Of a stretch of DNA of 64,000 bases, positions 59,788-64,000 are shown in pieces. How positions within the stretch are numbered: the first letter of the stretch is position 1; every line of letters begins with the position of its first letter. Under the pieces are notes generated by a model. The model was not told where the DNA came from. It searched no databases and saw only the letters and a program-made list of their open reading frames with translations. The stretch comes from Cyanobacteria bacterium P01_F01_bin.150 (lineage in GTDB: Bacteria > Cyanobacteriota > Cyanobacteriia > CAKZMO01), in contig JBCCYL010000007.1 of the NCBI GenBank assembly GCA_039189765.1, positions 32,001-96,000 of the forward strand, read 5' to 3'. The translations under genes and the position numbers were made by a program.

Positions 59788-60045
59788 ACTGCAACTCTAA
59801 CTCTAAAGACAAAATCTGACTTCCTTAGTGTGCCTCATTTATGCGGTTTCTGCTGATTCTGTGAAACTTTTGGATAGAATTGGTCAAGTTATATTGAGTT
59901 GGCTCAGCTTAGGTAGTAGGGCAAATCCTCTGAGCATGGTAATAGATCGTGACGATAACAAACGTGACTGTAGTTGTCCCAACTGACCTAAACTGAGCGG
60001 CTATGATACACCCTATGCAATGCAATAAAAGCAGATAAGGACCCT

Positions 60046-61038
60046 ATGGCAAAGTACGATGTTTATGGTCTGGGTAATGCCCTGGTCGATATTGAATGTG
60101 AGGTTGCTCCTGAGCTTCTTAGTGAGTTGGGCATCGAAAAAGGCGTGATGACCTTACTGGATGAGGAGAACCAGAACAAGATTTTAGGTCGTCTTGCTGG
60201 TACGTCCTTACGACAATCTTGTGGAGGATCAGCCGCCAATACCGTAATTGCGGTAAAACAGTTTGGCGGTAACGCTTTCTATTCCTGTAAGGTTGCGAAT
60301 GATGAGACAGGTCTGTTTTATGCCAAGGATTTAAAGGCCTGTGGTGTGGACACCAGTTTGGATACCCAGACTCCGGGTGCAGGTATCAGCGGTAAGTGCT
60401 TGGTGTTCGTTACCCCGGATGCCGATCGCACCATGAATACATTTTTGGGTATTTCTAGTGAGTTTTCTACCGCTGAATTAGTTCCTGAGGCGATCGCCGA
60501 TTCTCAATACACCTACATTGAAGGATATTTAGTCAGCGGCGAATCCAGCAAGCAAGCAGCGATTAAAGCACGAGAATTAGCCCATGCCGCCAACCAACGA
60601 GTCGCCTTTACGTTGTCCGATCCCAATATGGTGAAATTCTTTAAGGACGGCTTATTGGAGATTATTGGTCCCGGTGTAGACCTGCTATTTGCCAACGAGA
60701 GCGAAGCTCTGATGATGGCTGGTACCGAAAGTTTAGACGATGCGATCGCCTATCTCAAAACCCTCGCTAAACGGCTGGCTATTACCCTAGGACCCAAAGG
60801 CTCTGTTATCTTTGATGGCAACAACTTGCTTGAAATTGAACCTGTTCCCACCCAGGCCGTAGACACCGTTGGCGCTGGCGATATCTACGCTGGTTCCGTA
60901 TTATATGCAGTTACTCATGGTATGGGGTTCTTTGATGCAGGACGATTGGGCTCCCTGGCCGCATCTCGTTTGGTATCCACGATTGGCCCCCGCCTGTCCA
61001 CAGATCAGGTCAGTGATTTACTATGGGAAGTCTATTAA
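60046..61038 (+). CDS. PfkB-family (adenosine kinase-like) kinase
   Basis: GNALVD, GGSAANT, RTMNTFLG, ANESE and DTVGAGD. Confidence 0.92.
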   Translation: MAKYDVYGLGNALVDIECEVAPELLSELGIEKGVMTLLDEENQNKILGRLAGTSLRQSCGGSAANTVIAVKQFGGNAFYSCKVANDETGLFYAKDLKACGVDTSLDTQTPGAGISGKCLVFVTPDADRTMNTFLGISSEFSTAELVPEAIADSQYTYIEGYLVSGESSKQAAIKARELAHAANQRVAFTLSDPNMVKFFKDGLLEIIGPGVDLLFANESEALMMAGTESLDDAIAYLKTLAKRLAITLGPKGSVIFDGNNLLEIEPVPTQAVDTVGAGDIYAGSVLYAVTHGMGFFDAGRLGSLAASRLVSTIGPRLSTDQVSDLLWEVY

Positions 61039-61166
61039 TTCAATTAATTTACGAACTCTCAGAAATTTAGTTACAGGGCTATGAATGATGTAGATAACTG
61101 TTGCTAAATTAAAAGTCTTAGAGACTTCTACGGGCTTTCTGTAGCTTTATTCCTGAAGCCTACTCA

Positions 61167-62177
61167 TTACTCTTTGCTTTTGGGCCATATTCTTATTCCA
61201 AATAAGACAATGGCCCAAATGGCTAAAGCGGGCAGAATTAGTATCGTCAACGATGAATCAAGGGACTCTAAATCTTCAATTCGCTGTAGATCATTCCACA
61301 CTAGTTGCCCCAATGGGGTCAAATCATTCACATTAGCCCCGTCAAAGTAATGACCATGGCCTTCATCTTTTATTGTCAAATCATTTCTATCATTTGCGCT
61401 AAATACCCACACCATACGTCCGATTTCCCTTTGCTGTGCGGCGGTCATCATCTGTTGAGATGCGGCTAAAGTAGAATGAGTGTTATTTACAGCCCCGTAC
61501 TCTCCAACCATAATGGGGATATTACGCTCATGGAGCTGGTCAAAGTAGATGCCGATATCATTTTGATTCCACTGATCATACACATGAATGGAAAATAAAA
61601 TATTTTCATTTTCATCTATAAGTTCAAACCCGTGGTTTAGGATAGTTTGGCTGTAAAAATCCTGTCCCCATGCTTCCCCATCTATCACAATAATATTATT
61701 AGCGCCTTCCGCCCGAATAATATCAATCAATTCGCGATGATAGGCAATCCATTGCTGAGGATTAGCATTCTTTTTTCCCGGTTCATTATGTAAGTTAAAC
61801 CATACATAAGGATTATCTTTAAAGAGTATGGCCATTTCACGCCAATATTGCTTTAAGGTCTCAAATTCCTCTCCCTGATAATAACGACCTACACGATCGT
61901 GGGCATCGAAAATAACAACCGTTTTCTGGTGAGAATATCCTTGAGTAAACCTTTGAACAATTTGTTGGTTTGTTCTATACTCGTCTACCTCGGGATGAGG
62001 TTGGTCATAACTCCCTAAAAGAAAATTGGGAACACGAATGGCGTTAAATCCCCAGTCTATGACAATAGAATTAGCACTATCTGTGCCTTCCCACGCAAAC
62101 ATATTGGTCCCTTTGACAATAAACTCGTTGCCATCCGGGGCATAAATTTTGGTATCGATGACGCGAAACTGAGCCAT
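61167..62177 (-). CDS. Glycoside hydrolase family 5 (mannanase/cellulase-like) with a C-terminal TM helix
   Basis: WGFNAIR, NEP acid/base motif, FSIHVY, VGEYG nucleophile motif and hydrophobic C-terminal tail. Confidence 0.88.
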   Translation of the reverse strand: MAQFRVIDTKIYAPDGNEFIVKGTNMFAWEGTDSANSIVIDWGFNAIRVPNFLLGSYDQPHPEVDEYRTNQQIVQRFTQGYSHQKTVVIFDAHDRVGRYYQGEEFETLKQYWREMAILFKDNPYVWFNLHNEPGKKNANPQQWIAYHRELIDIIRAEGANNIIVIDGEAWGQDFYSQTILNHGFELIDENENILFSIHVYDQWNQNDIGIYFDQLHERNIPIMVGEYGAVNNTHSTLAASQQMMTAAQQREIGRMVWVFSANDRNDLTIKDEGHGHYFDGANVNDLTPLGQLVWNDLQRIEDLESLDSSLTILILPALAIWAIVLFGIRIWPKSKE

Positions 62178-62420
62178 AAACTTAATGTCTAATCTGTTCT
62201 AACGGGCTTGTATTTTAAGGCAAGTTTCTGAAGCACGGAGCGCCTGAGAAACTCGTTCAGTTCTTCCCGACTTAAGTTTTAAGCCTTCTGACGATACCAT
62301 AAAGAAAAATGCCCTAGAACAAATTCAAGGTCGGCAACGAAAAGCCTCTAATCAAATCCAGTTAGGGTTTGCACAAGTTAGCTTGGTTTGCTCTATTAAA
62401 AAGTCAGTGTTTGAACAGAC

Positions 62421-63035
62421 TTGCCCGTTATCATTTCGTCAGAACCCATGGACACAAAACCTCAACTAAGTGATCGCGTAAAAGAACTCATTGGCAAAGC
62501 TAGAATTGTCAGCTTTGCAACGTGGACAGAAACCCATCCGTTAGACCTACTTCAACGTTTTCAGCATGCTGATGATGAGCGTCAATATTTAACGGATGAA
62601 GATTTAGACGCTATTCGTCAGTATGATCCACATATGACAGAGGTTTTGAAGGCTGTGGTAATGTTGCGCGATCGCGCCGCAGACATTATTGATGAGGCTC
62701 GGGCGGCAGTTTTGGTTCAATTTCCGACCATTCTGGACCCAGGTGGCGGTCTTTATCCTCCTATGCGAGCTGAAGCTTGCTGGCGTGATTTTTGGCAATT
62801 TTTACGCTGCATTACCTACGGTATTGCTGGACAGCATATAGATTACACAAGCGATCAAGGCTTACATTATATGAATATGCTCTATCAAGAACTTCAGGTT
62901 CCTCTAGATGCGATGGTAGTGGGTTTAGAGAACGTTAAGGTGGCATCATTGAAACGACTAGAATCACCATCTCAACAAAAGGATATTGCTCCTTATTTTG
63001 AGCATCTGCTTGGGCAATTGCGGCAGTTTCAGTAA
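62421..63035 (+). CDS. Phycobiliprotein-fold (allophycocyanin-like) protein; likely start ATG 62448
   Basis: ADDERQYL, PGGGLYP...ACWRD...LRCITYG and LYQELQVP. Confidence 0.85.
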   Translation: MPVIISSEPMDTKPQLSDRVKELIGKARIVSFATWTETHPLDLLQRFQHADDERQYLTDEDLDAIRQYDPHMTEVLKAVVMLRDRAADIIDEARAAVLVQFPTILDPGGGLYPPMRAEACWRDFWQFLRCITYGIAGQHIDYTSDQGLHYMNMLYQELQVPLDAMVVGLENVKVASLKRLESPSQQKDIAPYFEHLLGQLRQFQ

Positions 63036-63184
63036 TGGGTGACATGAAAATAGACGAGAAAGTGTTAAAAAGTATCTTTTTGTCGAACTGTTCCCACAAA
63101 ATCTTGGATATCAACGCTTAATGTGATTTGATTAGGTGCTTAAACATAACTTATTAGTCCTTTGATTTATGTTTTAACACAAAA

Positions 63185-63200
63185 AGTGATTAAGATCACA
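63185..63200. promoter_or_regulatory. CRP-like binding site
   Basis: AGTGA-TTAAGA-TCACA, one mismatch from TGTGA-N6-TCACA. Confidence 0.45.
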
Positions 63201-63253
63201 GTCGCAAATGATCCAGATCGTGTCACTTTCGGGATAATCTAGGCATACTGTAA

Positions 63254-63336
63254 ATGACTCAACTCTAGCCGAGTCATCAACAGGGAACACACGACTGGCC
63301 GACAACTCCTCTGCGCGGAGAGTGTCGGTTTTTTTT
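63254..63336 (+). ncRNA. Candidate unannotated small RNA
   Basis: Hairpin ATGACTC/GAGTCAT, single-stranded AACAGGGAACACACG, terminator GCCGACA...TGTCGGT plus T-run; CATACT at 63244. Confidence 0.5.
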
Positions 63337-63502
63337 GCCTAAATGTCTGGTCATTGCTCAAGATAATTCCTTGTCCGAATCATGCAATATCGGTTATCTC
63401 ACCTATACTCCCGTAGAGCCTCTCGATAAGATAAGCCCATAGACACAAACAACCGTTTACTTCTAGAGACCAGCCTTTAGCCTACATGAGGGGGATTTCA
63501 AA

Positions 63503-63883
63503 ATGGCATTGAACCAGGTTCGCGATACACTGACCACCGTCTACGATCAAGATAAGCGTAGATTGCTCTCAGCCTTATCCCACGGCTCTATTTTCTTTAG
63601 CACTTTGTTGTTCTCTATCGGCGTTCCGATCGCTATCCTTTTGATCTCAGATGACCCTGTGGTCAAAGATAACGCGCGGGAAGCCATTAACTTCTCCTTT
63701 AATGTCTGGTTCTGGGGCGGGGTGATTGGGGCTCTGTCTTTCTTGACCTTGGGTTTACTGGGCTTTTTCCTTATTCCCCTTGGATTTATCTGGCACTGGG
63801 GATTCACCATTTGGGCCACTATGAGCACTCTAAATAACCCAAATGAACCCTTCCGTTATTCGTTTATTTTTCGTCTTCTATAA
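63503..63883 (+). CDS. DUF4870-family membrane protein
   Basis: LSALSH, DPVVKDNAREAINF, EPFRYSFIFR and three TM helices. Confidence 0.85.
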   Translation: MALNQVRDTLTTVYDQDKRRLLSALSHGSIFFSTLLFSIGVPIAILLISDDPVVKDNAREAINFSFNVWFWGGVIGALSFLTLGLLGFFLIPLGFIWHWGFTIWATMSTLNNPNEPFRYSFIFRLL

Positions 63884-64000
63884 AGAAGCATTGCTAACGA
63901 AGTGCTTGTAAATTAGGTCTTAGAAAGTGCGTTATGGATTTGTATCCTGCGTACTTTTTTAAGCAAATGATGATTGCCTAGTCGTTTAGAATCTCACGCA

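Overview
Chromosomal window from a cyanobacterium (many HIP1 GCGATCGC sites). It is probably filamentous and motile, because it carries hpsA-D pilin-like genes and cyaC. It holds about 39 CDS: signalling genes (three CHASE2 proteins, DUF928, CyaC), three haemagglutinin-like exoproteins and housekeeping genes (uup, cobD, thiE/thiS, folE, accA, aroH, sppA). The main finding is an ORF-free, AT-rich tandem array at 27019-28290. It has seven units, each built as TCCGGA-N17/18-G(T/G)A promoter, an invariant ATGGTAGATGCACCCTGATTC core and a terminator hairpin. This matches the architecture of the HetR-dependent small RNA NsiR1, but hetF is not adjacent and the host may be non-heterocystous (not proven here). 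The second candidate is a coupled two-gene module: a membrane-anchored coiled-coil actin/Hsp70-fold ATPase plus a SNF2 helicase, next to a restriction-endonuclease-fold gene, which may be an undescribed defence system. All calls come from reading motifs by eye; no database searches were run.
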